64,000 bases of DNA, taken from positions 12,276,001-12,340,000 of the forward strand of contig NC_090359.1 of NCBI RefSeq assembly GCF_035084215.1, written 5' to 3'. The position numbers and the translations under genes are program-made. The notes beneath the pieces were generated by a model. It worked only from the letters and a program-made list of their open reading frames with translations, was not told the origin of the DNA and did no database searches. The DNA is from Heptranchias perlo (Eukaryota). Position 1 is the first letter of the stretch, and each line of letters opens with the position of its first letter. Of the stretch, positions 51,315-64,000 are shown one piece after another.

Positions 51315-52430
51315 CATAGAATGTCCGGCACAGAAATAGGCCATTCCCCACAACAGGTCCATGCCGGTGTTTATGCTCCACACAAGCCCCCTCCCTCCCT
51401 GCTTCATCTAACCCTATCAGCATATTCTTCTATTCTTCTCTCCCTCATCTGCTGATCGAGCTTCTCCTTAAATGCATCTCTGCTATTCGCCTCAACTACT
51501 CCTTGTGGCAGCGAGTTCCACATTCTAATCACTCTCTGGGTAAATAGGTTTCTCCTGAATTCCCTATTGGATTTATTAGTGACTATCTTATATTTATGGC
51601 CCCTAGTTCTGGTCTCCCCCGCAAGTGGAAATATCTTCTCTACGACTCCTCTATCAAACCCTCTCATAATCTAAAAGATCTCCATCAGGTCACCTCTCAG
51701 TCTTCTCTTTTCGAGAGAAAAGAGCCCCAGCCTGTTCAATCTTTCCTGTTAGGGATAACCTCTCGGTTTTGGTATCATTCTCGTAAATCTTTTTTTCACC
51801 TACTCTATAAAGTGCCTCTATATTCTTTTTATAATATGGAGAACAGAACTGTTCACAGTACTCCAAGTGTGGTCTAACCAAGGTTCTATATAAGTTTAAC
51901 ATAACTTCTCTGCTTTTCAATTCTATCCCTCTAGAAATGAACCCCAGTGTTGGTTTGCTTTTTTTAATGGCTTTATTAACCTGTGTTGTTACTTTTAGTG
52001 ATTTGTGTATCTGTACCCCGAGACGCCTCTGCTCCTTTACCCCATTATTGAAGCAGTGGCCCACTTATTCTTCCCATCATAATTTAAAACCTCACACTTA
52101 TCTATATTGAGATTCATTTGCCAGTTACACGCCCATTGTGCAAATTTATTTATATCTTCCTGTATTATGTCACACTCCTCCTCAGTATTAACTATACCCA
52201 CCAGTTTGGTGTTGTCCGCAAATTTTGAAATTATACTTCCAATTCCCAAGTCCAAATCGTTTATATAAATGGTGAAGACAGTGGTCCCAGCACCAATCCC
52301 TGTGATTCACCACTCAGAACTTTTGCCAGTCTGAGTAACTACCTTTAACACTTACTCTCTGTTTTCTGTTTTGTACCCAGCTTGCTAATAATTCTGCTCT
52401 TCGTCCTGACTCCACATGCTCTGATCTTAT
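51315..52430 (-). mobile_element. Degenerate CR1 RT and 3' end
   Basis: ORFs 52037-52255, 51690-52064 and 51404-51667 carry CR1 motifs. Confidence 0.88.
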
Positions 52431-52799
52431 CTGAGTGAGATCATTAATTAAATACAATATTTGCAGTGGGCCCATTCCCAGTAAGTAATGGATTGATGCT
52501 GCCCAGACTGATTTAATGTGGGATCCTTACAAGCAGCAGGTGAAACAGATTTACCTCCTGTCAGTGTGGGCTGTATTCAAACACAGGCATTGGAGGCTGA
52601 AATTACCAACATCAAACCCACAGGAACCCACAGACACCTCCATAAGTACAGAAACGTGCACGGTAATCGTATAAAATACAAGAGAAATGGATTGTGTGGG
52701 ATTGTGTGTCACAACAAGCTATTGGGGCACAGAAGTACATGATGTGGATACAACATTAACAATCCTTCGTGTTCGATTGGAAGGATTCCCCCATTGTGC

Positions 52800-53975
52800 A
52801 GCGATGAGGCTTTCTGCCAAAGTCATTTGACAGAACACCTCATCGCCAGTGCTTTCAAACAAGCACCAAGACGTAGATTGGCTGGTGGTGAGAAGGGCCC
52901 TTCCTGCCAGATCCTTCATGCACTCCCGACCTCTCAGTGCCACCGTGCGCTGTCCCCAAGGAAGTTGCGATGGGGACGAGACCGTCACCCATCTCCTCCT
53001 GGAATGTCCCTTTGCAAAGAAGATCTGGAGAGAGATGCAGTGGTATCTGTCCAGGTTCATACATACAAATTAAGAGCAGGAGTAGGCCATTCAGCCCCTC
53101 GAGCCTGCTCTGCCATTTGATAAGATGATGGCTGATCTGATTGTGACCACAACCCTACTTTCCCGTGTACCTACGATAACCTTTGACTCCCTTGTTAATC
53201 AGGAATCTATATAACTTAGCCATAAAAATATTCAATGACCCTGCCTCCGCTGCTCTCTGGAGAAGGGAGTTCCACAGACTCACGACCCTCAGAGAGAAAA
53301 ATTTCTCCTCATCTCCATCTTAAATGGGAGACCCCTTATTTTTAAACTGGTTCCAGTTTCTCCCACAAGGGAGCAGTTCTGTGACACATGATTCTGTGCT
53401 TTATGGGCTGTTACCAGGGAAGCACTCAGAGACAGACATCAACTGCTGTTGGAAGACCATCAACTCGGTGAAATACGCCTTTTGGTCTGCCCGAAATTTG
53501 CTGGTCTTCCAGCGCAAGGAGCTGTCCTCGACCGAGTGTTGCAGACTGGCACATTCCAAGGTCCAGGTCCACGTGCTCAGGGATGCACTGAAGCTGGGTG
53601 CGGCCGCCGCAAAGGCTCTGTGGGGAAAGGCTATCGTTTCGAGCTCTCCCGCAATTGTAAACCGAGGGGCTGCAATCAGGGAAAACCCACCTCGGGCAGA
53701 ATGTAAAATACAAATTTATGTAATGAAATGTAATGTACCTGTAATGAATCTGTAATCAATAAGCTTATTGATTGTAATGCAATAAGGCACCCTCGAGTGT
53801 CATGAACTGTAATTATGAACAATGTGTAACTGTATTGTTGGAATCATAATTGAACTGTACTTTATGTATCTTGCAAAAAGTATATTCTGTATTGTGTATG
53901 TTTGAAATGTGATGACAACTGTATTGTTTGTATTGTTACAAATTTTATGAATAAGTATATTTTTTGAAAAAAAAA
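52800..53975 (+). mobile_element. 3' part of a second Tx1-clade family (Keno-like), interrupted by a CR1 3' fragment (~53060-53350, -)
   Basis: KHQDVDWLVVRRALP..CPQGSCDGDETVTHLLLECPFA; WSARNLLVFQ..LRDALKLG; long AT-rich 3'UTR; A tail abutting U2 sequence. Confidence 0.8.
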
Positions 53976-54073
53976 TCTTATCAATTTAATATCTGATACG
54001 TCCCCTATCTGGGGACCGTATATTAATTTGATTTTTGGAACAGGGAGATGGAATAGGGGCTTGCTCCGTCCAC
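53976..54073 (+). ncRNA. U2 snRNA fragment (about nt 44-141), pseudogene
   Basis: tcttatcaatttaatatctgatacgtcccctatc..gatttttgg (Sm site)..gggagatggaataggggcttgctccgtccac is collinear with vertebrate U2. Confidence 0.9.
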
Positions 54074-55233
54074 AAGCTGATCTGAACCCTAAACTGATCC
54101 ATTATCCTAAACGGACTCAGAATATTAATATACGGCAAATCCTAAACGGACCCGAAACACCAAGCAGACCTGGAAACCCGACCTGGCCCAGAACCCTAGC
54201 TGACTCCACTGGTTCACTTGTTCGTTCTGTAGTTTGTTTAAGGCTCTTCTGCTGTTTTTAGGTATGATGTAATGTTAGGGGTCATTGAGATCAGTCTGTG
54301 AGGATCAGTCTTTGCCGGGGTCCTGTGGAATATTTTGCAGTGCTGGGTGTTTTTGGATGTGTGGAGAATGTTAGTCTTGAGGGTCCTGAGTTAATTGGAG
54401 CTCTTGTGGTCAGTTTGTGTGGAGTATGTTACAACCAGATACTGAGCCAGAAACTCAAAACAACACAGAATCTCAAATTGACCAAACTGACACAGAATAT
54501 AAAACTGAACTGGGACCCTGAACCAATCCCAATTCTAAAGTGACCAACTCATGTAAAATGAATTATAAACATAAAGAAAAGCCAAGAACCCAAATTTGTG
54601 TTGAAACTGAAAACAAGCCCAGAATCCAAGATTGAACCAAAGTCTTACACTGATTCATCAGCCTAAAAATATTCAATGCACGAAACATATCTCGAACCCA
54701 GAATGAACCCACATGACGAGGCTGACACCGAAGGCTGAGCGTCAGGGATTTCTACAATCCCTCAGTGTTGGCATCAGTCTGGGCATGTTGAATCATCAGA
54801 GATCGTTGTCTATGTTTGTTGTTCTGTGTCAGTTTGTGGGTGTTGTGGTTTGGGGTTTCTCTGCTCAGTATTGCGGTAATGTGCACTGTTTAAGGTCCAT
54901 TTACAGATGCTGTGGTTTGCTGTGACAGTGCAGTTATCATTTTACAGGAGGCAGAAGCCCAACGTGTGATGCCATCGTTAGCTTTGGGTGTTTGATCAAT
55001 GTGTGGATGGTGAGGTAAGTGTGTGGGGACTGGGTCAGTTTCTGGGTATTGTGTTTTTTTGCGGATGATGTGATCGGTTTGGGGCGTATTGTGGACAGCT
55101 TTAGGATGCTGACTCATTTGGGGAGATGGGATAGTCAGTCATTGAACACTGCCTCAGTTATGGTCCCTGAACACAGTTTGCAGTACCAGAGTCAGTTTCA
55201 GGGTGCTGTGGTCAGTTTCAGAGATACATGGTA

Positions 55234-55580
55234 TTAGCTTGAGGTGCTGTATTAGCTTGAGGTGCTGGGCCAGTTAGAGGTACTGTACTACTCGAAGAGC
55301 TAGGTTAGGTTAAGGTGCTGGACTAACTTGAGGTGCTAGGTTAGCTTGAGGTGTTGGATTAGTTTGGAGGCTGTATTATTTTGAAGTATTAGGTTATTTT
55401 GAGGTTCTGGGCTGGTCTGAGGTGCTGTTTTTGCTTGAGGTATTAGATTATGTTGAGGTGCTGGATGACTTAGGGCGGCAGCTTTAGTTTGAGGTAATCA
55501 ATTTACTGCAAGTGCAGTTTTAGCTTAAGTTACTGGGTTAGTTGGAGGTGCTGTATTAGATTGAGCTGCTGGGATAGTTT
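55234..55580. repeat. Degenerate ~20-bp tandem repeat (TTAGCTTGAGGTGCTG core)
   Basis: Visible periodic recurrence of ttgaggtgct. Confidence 0.7.
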
Positions 55581-55607
55581 AAGCTTTTGTAAATGTCTGA
55601 GGTTCTT

Positions 55608-58200
55608 GATCAGTATGTTTCCAGCCCAACGAGGAAGGAAGCAGTGCTGGATCTAGTTCTGGGGAATGAAGTGGGGCAAGTTTCAATGGGAGAGTGTTTT
55701 GGAAACAGTGAACACAATATGATTAGGTTTAGAGTAATTATGGAAAAGTACAAAGACAATGAAAGTTGAAGATACTTAACCGGAAGAGGGTTAATTTCAG
55801 TGAGCTGAAAAGGGATTTGGCCCTTGTGGAATGGGAACAAAGATTATCAGGTAAAACAGTTAAAGAGCAAAGGGAGGCCTTCAAGGAGGAGATAGTTCAG
55901 GTATTTCATCTAACCCTATCAGCATATCCTTCTATTCTTTTCTCCCTTATGTATTTATCTAGCTTCCTTTTAAATGCATCTATGTTATTCGCCTCAACTA
56001 CTGCATATGATAGTAAGTTCTATATTCTAACCACTCTCTGGGTAAAGAAGTTTCTCCTGATTTCTTTTTTGATTTTATTAGTGACTAACTTATATTTATG
56101 TCACCTAGTTTTGGACTCTTCAAAAGTGGTCACATCTTCTCTACGTCTACCCTATCAAACCCCTTCATAACTTCAAAGATCTCTATTAGATCACCCTCTG
56201 CCTTCTCTTTTCTGGACAAAATACAGCGATCCTGTTCAGTCTTTCCCCATAGTTAAAATCTCAGTTCTCATATTATTCTTGGAAATCTTGTTTGCACCTT
56301 CCCCAGTGCCTCTATATCCTTCTGGTAATATGTCGACCAGAAATGTGCACGGTACTCTAAGTGTGCTCTATCCAAGGTTCTGTACAAGTTTAATATAACT
56401 GCTCGGCTTTTCAATTCTATTCCTCAAGAAATGAACCCACTGCTTTGTTTACATTTGTACGATCTTGTTAACCTGCGTTATTACTTTGAATGATTTGTGA
56501 ATCTGTATGCCTCGATCCCTTTGCTCCTCCACCCATTTCGACTCTTATTTCCCGAGGATTATGTGGCCTCCTTATTCCTCCTACCAAAATGAACCACCTC
56601 ACACTTTTTTTTTATTCGTTGATAGAACGTGGGCATCACTGGCAAGCGTTTATTGCCCATTCTAATTGCCCTTGAGAAGGTGGTGGTGAGCTGCCTTCTT
56701 GAACAACTGAGTGGCTTGCGAGGCCATTTCAGAGGGCGATTAAGAATCAACCACGTTGCTGTGGGTCTGGAGTCACATATAGACCAGGCCAGGTAAGGAC
56801 GGCAGGTTTCCTTCCCTAAAGGACATTAATGAACCAGATGGGTTTTTACGACATTCCAGTAGTTTCATGGTAACCATTACTGATGCTAGTTTTTTTTATT
56901 CCAGATTTTATTTAATTAATTGAATTTAAATTCCCCAGCTGCCGTGGCAGGATTTGAACTCATGACTCTGGAATATTAGTCCAGGCCTTCTGGATTACTA
57001 GTCCAATGACAACCACTATGCTACTGGACCCAACATTGAAATTCATTAACCATTTACACGCCTATTCTGCATGTTTATTTACGTCTTCTTGAATTTTATC
57101 AGTTTTCTTCAGTATTAATGAAGCCCCCAAATTTAGTGTCAATCACAAATTTTGAAATTGTACTTCTGATTCCCGAGTCCAAATCTTTTATGTAAATGAT
57201 AAACAACAGTGGTCCCAGCACCGATCCCTGTGGAACACCGTTTCCCACCTTCTGTCAGTCTGAGTAAACACCTTTAACCACTACTCTCTGTTCTCTGTTT
57301 TGGAGCCAGCTTGCTATCCATTCTGCTACTTGTTCCCTGACTCCACCTGCTCTGACTATAATCACAAGTCTACTATGTGGTACCTTATCAAAGGCCTTTT
57401 GAAAATCCCTTATCTACTCTTTCTGTTCCTTCTTCAAAGAATTCAATAAGGTTGGTCAAGCATGACCTTCCCTTTTGAAATCTGTGCTGACTATTCTTGA
57501 TTATATTTTCGGTTGCCAGATGTATTTCTATTACATCTGTGAGGAAAGATTCCATTATCTTTCCCACCACCGAATTTAAGCTCACTGGTCTATAGTTCTT
57601 TATCGCCGTTCTATCGTCTATTTTAAACATAGGAATAACATCAGCTGTTCGCCAATCCTCTGGCAGCATTCCCTTCTCTAATGAATTGATGTACATGTAT
57701 GTAATAGTGCCTCTGCTATTTCTCCCCTAACTTCTATTAATATGCATGGACGCAATCTACCTGGACAGAGGTTTTATCTTTTCTACGTTTGACTCGTTTA
57801 TCAATTATCTCCCCTTTTCTATCATAAATGTCTTTATAACTTTTTTGATTTCTGCTTCTAATGTCTTATCCATCTTGTTAGTGTCAATATTGAGGCAAAG
57901 TAATGATTCAACATTTCTGCCGTTACCTGTGAGTTCACCTTATGCATCCCTTAGTGGCCCGACCCCTATCATGATTTTCCTTTTGTTATTTATGTGTCTG
58001 TAGAATACTTTACTTTTTAAAAAGTATTTTTTGATAATTTAATTTTGTAATTCCTCTTTGCCTTCCGAATAGGTTTTTTTTACTTATTTCCTAACCTCTT
58101 CGTATTCCCTTTTGTCATCCTCTTTATTGTCCAGGTGCTGAGTGTATGCCTTTTTCTTTAGTTTCAATTCTGATCTTATCTCTTTATTCATCCATGGTAT
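55608..58200. mobile_element. Old CR1 fragments (+ strand ~55608-55900; - strand ~55905-58200)
   Basis: EN-linker remnant followed by an inverted RT/3' end (EDWRTADV, NYRPVSL, GRSCLTNLIEFFE). Confidence 0.8.
56620..57025 (-). mobile_element. tRNA-headed SINE sharing both ends of the 39455-42450 LINE
   Basis: Pol III-like head near 57024-56940; body matches 42319-42450; tail matches 39470-39552. Confidence 0.7.
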
Positions 58201-58213
58201 TTCATTATTAGTG

Positions 58214-59450
58214 TCAGCATCCGTGGAACAGTATCCCAGTGAGAGACCGTGTCCGTGGAACAGTATCCCAGTGAGTGACAGCGTCCGTGGAACAGTATCC
58301 CAGTGAGTGACAGTGCCCGTGGAACTGTATCCCAGTGAGTGACAGCGTCCGTGGAACTGTATCCCAGTGAGTGTCAGTGTCCGTGGAACTGTATCCCAGT
58401 GAGTGTCAGCGTCCGTGGAACAGTATCCCAGTGAGTGACAGCGTCCGTGGAACTGTATCCCAGTGAGTGTCAGTGTCCGTGGAACTGCATCCCAGTGAGT
58501 GTCAGCGTCCGTGGAACTGTATCCCAGTGAGTGACAGCGTCCGTGGAACTGTATCCCAGTGAGTGTCAGCGTCCGTGGAACTGTATCCCAGTGAGTGTCA
58601 GTGTCCGTGGAACTGTATCCCAGTGAGTGTCAGTGTCCATGGAACTGTATCCCAGTGAGTGTCAGTGTCCGTGGAACTGTATCCCAGTGAGTGTCAGCGT
58701 CCGTGGAACTGTATCCCAGTGAGTGTCAGCGTCCGTGGAACTGTATCCCAGTGAGTGTCAGCGTCCGTGGAACTGTATCCCAGTGAGTGACAGCGTCCGT
58801 GGAACTGTACCCCAGTGAGTGACAGCGTCCGTGGAACTGTATCCCAGTGAGTGTCAGTGTCCGTGGAACTGTACCCCAGTGAGTGACAGTGTCCGTGGAA
58901 CTGTAGCCCAGTGAGTGACAGTGTCCGTGGAACTGTACCCCAGTGAGTGACAGTGTCCGTGGAACTGTACCCCAGTGAGTGACAGTGTCCGTGGAACTGT
59001 ACCCCAGTGAGTGACAGTGTCCGTGGAACTGTACCCCAGTGAGTGACAGTGTCCGTGGAACTGTAGCCCAGTGTCAGTGTCCACGGAACTGTTCGCAGAG
59101 TGTGTCAGGATCAACGGAATAGTATTCGAGTGACAGACAATGTCCATGGAACTGTGAGAGTAGGTCCTCGTGGAACTGTTCCCCAGTGAGAGTCAGGGTA
59201 TACAGAACTGTAGCCCAGTGAGAGTCAGGGTGCATAGAACTGTAGCCCAGTGAGAGTCAGGGTGCATAGAACTGTAGCCCAGTGAGAGTCAGGGTGCATA
59301 GAACTGTAGCCCAGTGAGAGTCAGGGTGCATAGAACTGTAGCCCAGTGAGAGTCAGGGTCCATGGAACTATACCCCAGTAACTGTCAGGGTCCATGGAAC
59401 TGTACCCCTGTGAATGCAGGCGCCCATAGAACTGAATCAAGTGAGAGTAA
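58214..59450. repeat. 30-bp minisatellite (GTCCGTGGAACTGTATCCCAGTGAGTGWCAGY-like, ~28 units to ~59090) and a related variant array (~59165-59450)
   Basis: Contiguous tandem units with no unique spacers. Confidence 0.95.
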
Positions 59451-61196
59451 AGGCCCATTGAACTGCACTCTCACACCCTCAGGAGTAGATCATTCATTCC
59501 CTCGATTCTGTTCTGCCGTTCATTTAGATCATGGCTAATCTGTATCTTAACTCTTTTTACCCATCTTGTATATAATGTATTTGGATTAGATGGCAATTAT
59601 CTTCAATCTGTTTTTTTCTGGTTATCAACCCTCCTGTCAGTGGAAACAGTTTCTCCTTATTTACTCAAAGGTCAGTTTATTTTTTAAACTTACCTCAGTG
59701 TGCCTTGCAGGCTTCTCGACAGGTTCCCCCTGCGGGGTGGCCTCCCTGCTCAGAAGTGGGTTAAATTTCAGGGGTTATGATGTGACCGAGGAGTCCAGCG
59801 GGAGACTCGTTAAAAGCCAAGATGAGTGGCGTTAAAGCGGCTGATTGACGGGAATGGAGCAGGAAATGGAGCTGCTCCATTTTAACTGCTCCTGCGATCA
59901 GGGAGAGTTAAAATCACCCTGTTTCACATTGCATGATAGTCCACATGTGTCACTGGAGGGAAAGCTATAACTGCAAGTTATTCTTGCAGATGTTATGAAT
60001 GAGTTCGGGGTCTATTAGTAACTATTCACCACATTACTAGTCAATGAAACAATGCATTACTTTGCTTTTAAGTCATACTCCATCTAAAACAAGGGTACGT
60101 TTTAATATCTGCGTCTGTCTCTCCCATGTCTGTCTCTCTCTCTCTCTCTCTCCCCGTCTGTCTCTCCCGTGTCGCCGTCTGTGTCTCCTGTCACTCACAC
60201 ATATATTGTGGGGAAAGGCCTGTCGCAATTAAGCCTCAGGCCCTCTCCATCCAAAATAATGCCATGGTATTTGCCACCTTTTCTGAGGGTGCCTCTGTGT
60301 ATAAATGTGCCAAGGATCACATGCCAGGCACTGTACTTATGTGGCACATTATCCGTTCTCATTATAATGGACACATTTCAGCTGGCAGAAAGGTACAGAG
60401 AGAAATATGTGTTGCTTAATCACCCCTCTGCACCAACAATGTTTCAGTGAGTGATGGGGAGATGGGCTGAGATTTATAAATAGACTTGCAGTACATTCTC
60501 TCTCTCTCTCTCTGGTGTATAATAGAAATGAGTCACAGTTGACAGGAGCAGAAAACTGCTTGGATAGAGGATCTGACACAACACATTAAAGCTGGCGATG
60601 ACTGGTGTGGCAGGATTGTAAATTTAAAGGGACATTACCATTTGGCTGGAGAGTTTTTAAGGGAAACGCGACTCCTCGAAGAGCCCACTTCTACCCGCCT
60701 GATACGTTGGCTGCGGTGGACAATTTTCTCCGTGTGGACAATATATTTGCTGAATTGTAAACTATTCCACAGTGATTAACACTGAGCCTCGGTCATTTCT
60801 ATATCTGAGGCCGTTTCTCCCCTTCTCTGGGTCTTAGACCTCCACCATTTCTGGTCTGAATCCAGTCACGAGAAGAGGGTGTCAGAGCAACCTGGGCAAT
60901 TCTCCCTTGATCTCCCCCCACCACCTGTGGAGAGTCCCTGCCTCCCTGGCCCAGCCTTTGCTTGGTATCTTCCCCAGTGATAAGGTCGGGTTTAGAAACA
61001 TGGCAGGTGGGTGAAAACCCGTATCTTACTGCTGGACCGGTCTTTTAAATTCAATTATAATTTTTATCCCTCAACCAACATCACTAAAACAGATGATCTG
61101 GTCATTATCACATTGCTGTTTGTGGGACCTTACTGTGTGCAATGTACTGCCGTGTTTCCTACAGTAAAGCAGCAACTACACTTCAAAAGTACTTAA

Positions 61197-62295
61197 TTGG
61201 TAGAGGAACCACCTAGGGAACAGGTTATTTTAGATCTCGTATTGTGTAATGAGACAGGGTTAATTAGTAAACTTATAGTAAAGGATCCTCTGGAGGAGAG
61301 TGAACATAATATGATAGAATTTCATATTCAGTTTGAGAGTGATGTGGTTAAGTCTGAAACTAGGGTCTTAAATATAAATAAAGCCAATTATGTAGGTATG
61401 AGGGGCGAGTTGGCTGAGGTAGATTGGGAAATTAGATTAAAAGATATAACGGTAGACAAACAATGGCAAATATTTAAAGAAATAATTCATAATTCTCAAC
61501 TAATATACATTCCCTTGAGGAATAAAACTCCACGGGAAAAGTGGTACAATTGTGGCTAATTAGAGAATTTAAGGATAATATTAGATTAAAAGAAGAGGCT
61601 TACAATGTAGTCAAAAAGCGTAGTTAGCCTGAGGATTGGGAGAGTTTTAGAAATCAGCAAAGGATGACCAAAAATTCAGAAAGAGGGAGAAAGTTGAATC
61701 TGACAGTAAACCAACAGGATATATAAAAACAGATTGTAAGAGCTTCCACAAGTTTGTTGAAAAGGAAGAGATGAGTGAAAGTAATCGTGGGTCCCTTAGA
61801 GGCAGAGACAGAAGAAATTATAATGGGGAGTAAGGAAATGGCAGAGATGTTAAACAAATATTTGATATCTGTCTTCACAGCAGATGACACAAAAAACATA
61901 CCGGAAACAGTGGGGAAACAAGGGCCTAATCAGAGTGAGGAACTTAAAGTAATTAATATTAGTAAAGAAAAAGTGCTGGAGAAATTAATGGGACTAAAAG
62001 CCGAGAAACCCCCTGGACCTGATGGCCGACATCCTCGGGTTTTAAAAGAGGTGACTGCAGAGATAGTGGATGCATTGGTTGTGATCTTACAGAATTCCCC
62101 AGATTCTGGAATGGTCCCCGTGGATTGCAAGGCAGCAAATGTAACCCCGCCATTTAAGAAAGGAGTGAGAGAGAAAGGAGGGAACTGTAGGCTAGTTAGC
62201 TTGACATCAATCGTAGGGAAAATGCTCGAATGTATTATTAAGGACGTAGTAAAAGGGCACCTCGAAAATCATAATATGATTAGGCAGAGTCATAC
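61197..62295 (+). mobile_element. Degenerate CR1 ORF2 fragment
   Basis: ILDLVLCNE, KPPGPDG, RLVSLTSIVGK. Confidence 0.85.
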
Positions 62296-62309
62296 TTTTT
62301 AATCTTCGA

Positions 62310-64000
62310 ATCGTAGAATCAAAGAAAGATTACAGCACGGAAGGAGGCCATTCGGCCCATCGAGTCCACGCCAGCTCCATCCAAGAGCAATCCAACTCGT
62401 CCCATTCCCCCGCCCTATCCCCATCGCCCTGAAAATTTTTTACTTTCAAGTACTTATCCAGTCTCCTTTTAAAGGCCATGATTGAATCTGCCTCCACCAC
62501 CCCCTCAGGCAGCACATTCCAGATCATAACCACTCGCTGTGTAAAAAAGTTTTACATCATATCACCTTCGGTTCTTTTGCCAATCACCTTAAGTCTATGC
62601 CCTCTGGTTCTTGACCCTTCCACCAATGGGAACAGTTTCTCTCTACCTACTCTGTCTGGACCCTTCATGATTTTGAACACCTCTATCAAATATGCTCTCA
62701 ACCTTTTCTGTTCCAAAGAGAACAACCCGAGCTTCTCCAGTCTATCCATGTAAGAAAAGTCCATTATCCCTGGAATCATTCTGGTAAATCTCTTCTGCAC
62801 CCTCTCTATGGCCTTCACATCTTTCCGAAAGTGCGGTGCCCAGAACTGCACACAATATTCCAGTTGTGGCCAAACCAGTGTTTTATAAAGGTTTATTATG
62901 ATTTCCTTACTTTTGTACTCTATGCCTCTATTTATAAAGCCCAGGATCCCGACCACTTTTTTAACCGCTTTCTCAACCTGCCCTGCCACCTTCAACGATT
63001 TGTGCACATATACCCCCAGATCTCACTGCTCCTGCACCCCTTTTAGAATTGTGCCCTCGATAGTTTATATTGCCTCTCCACTTTCTTCCTACCGAAATGT
63101 ATCACTTCACATTTATCTGGGTTAAATTTCACCTGCCACGTGTCCGCCCATGCCATCAGCCTGTCTTTATCCTCTTGAAGTCTGTCACTATCCTCCTCAC
63201 TGCACACTCCCCTTCCAAGTCTCGTGTCATCTGCAAATTTGAAATTGTGCCCTGTGCACCCAAGTCCAAGTCCTTAATATATATCAAGAAAAGCAGTGGT
63301 CCCAGCACCGACCCCTGGGGAACACCACTGTGCATCTCCCTCCAGTCCGAAAAACAACCGATCACCACTACTCTCTGTTTCCTGTCATTTCGCCAATTCT
63401 GTATCCATGTTGTTATTGCCCCCTTTATTCCATGGGCCGCAACCTCGATGACAAGCCTACCACGTGGCACTTTATTAAACGCCTTTGGAACGTCCGTATA
63501 CACAAAGTCAACCGCATTGCCCTCATCTACACTCTCTGTTACCTCATCAAAAAACTTCATCAAGTTAGTTAAACACGATTTGCCTGTAACAAATCCATGC
63601 TGGCTTTCCCTAATCAATCCACATTCGTCCAAGTGACTGTTAATTCTGTCCAGTATTATCGTTTCCAGAAGTTTCCCCACCACCGAGGTTAAACTGACTG
63701 GCCTATTGTTGCTGGGTTTATCCTTACACCCTTTTTTGAACAAGGGTGTAACATTTGCAAATCTCCAATCCTCTGGCACCACTCCCATGTCCAAGGATGT
63801 CTGGAAGATTACGGCCAGTACCTCCGCAATTTCCCCCCTTACTTCCTTCAGCATCCTCGGGTGTATCCCATCCAGACCAGGTGACTTATCTACTTTAAGT
63901 ACAGCTAGCCTTTCTAGTACCTCTTCTTTATCAATTTTTAGCCCATCAGTATCTTAACTATATCTTCCGATACCGAGACTCTGGCAGCATCTTCTTCCTT
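62310..64000 (-). mobile_element. Degenerate CR1 RT and 3' end, runs off the window
   Basis: ORFs 63156-63854, 62552-63007 and 62330-62533 carry CR1 motifs. Confidence 0.9.

Noticed and set aside
58214-59450. Possible CRISPR array
   Set aside because: Units are contiguous with no unique spacers, no cas genes, vertebrate context

Overview
Eukaryotic, repeat-dense vertebrate DNA, most likely a cartilaginous fish (inferred from the CR1/DeuSINE/Tx1 repertoire and the GPR139-like receptor). Host genes: an intact 9-exon ZP3 gene (3170-6013, -), two intact 4-exon ferritin genes (20253-22810 and 25652-27878, -), a rearranged ZP3 pseudogene (34207-37021, -), three tRNA-Asp(GTC) copies and a 2-exon GPR139/142-like GPCR (45014-47384, +). 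Mobile DNA: a GC-rich Tx1-clade LINE family (near-full-length copy, RT-deleted copy, bipartite mini-element, several 3' stubs), a full-length CR1 with intact ORF2, many CR1 fragments, an RTE-like LINE with a partner SINE, DeuSINE copies and a Keno-type Tx1 joined to U2 snRNA sequence. Most striking: all four ZP3/ferritin promoters have a copy of the same Tx1 family about 65-230 bp upstream of the TATA box, always pointing away from the gene. The family also has a conserved 3' hairpin containing TATAAAAGGGGG, head-to-tail junctions and stacks of short A-tailed modules, which suggests a promoter-seeking retrotransposon at oocyte genes (hypothesis). One ferritin 5'UTR carries a perfect 45-nt antisense copy of its own intron-2 acceptor region, and both ferritin IREs look decayed. 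All coordinates and difference counts were read by eye; repeat boundaries are approximate.
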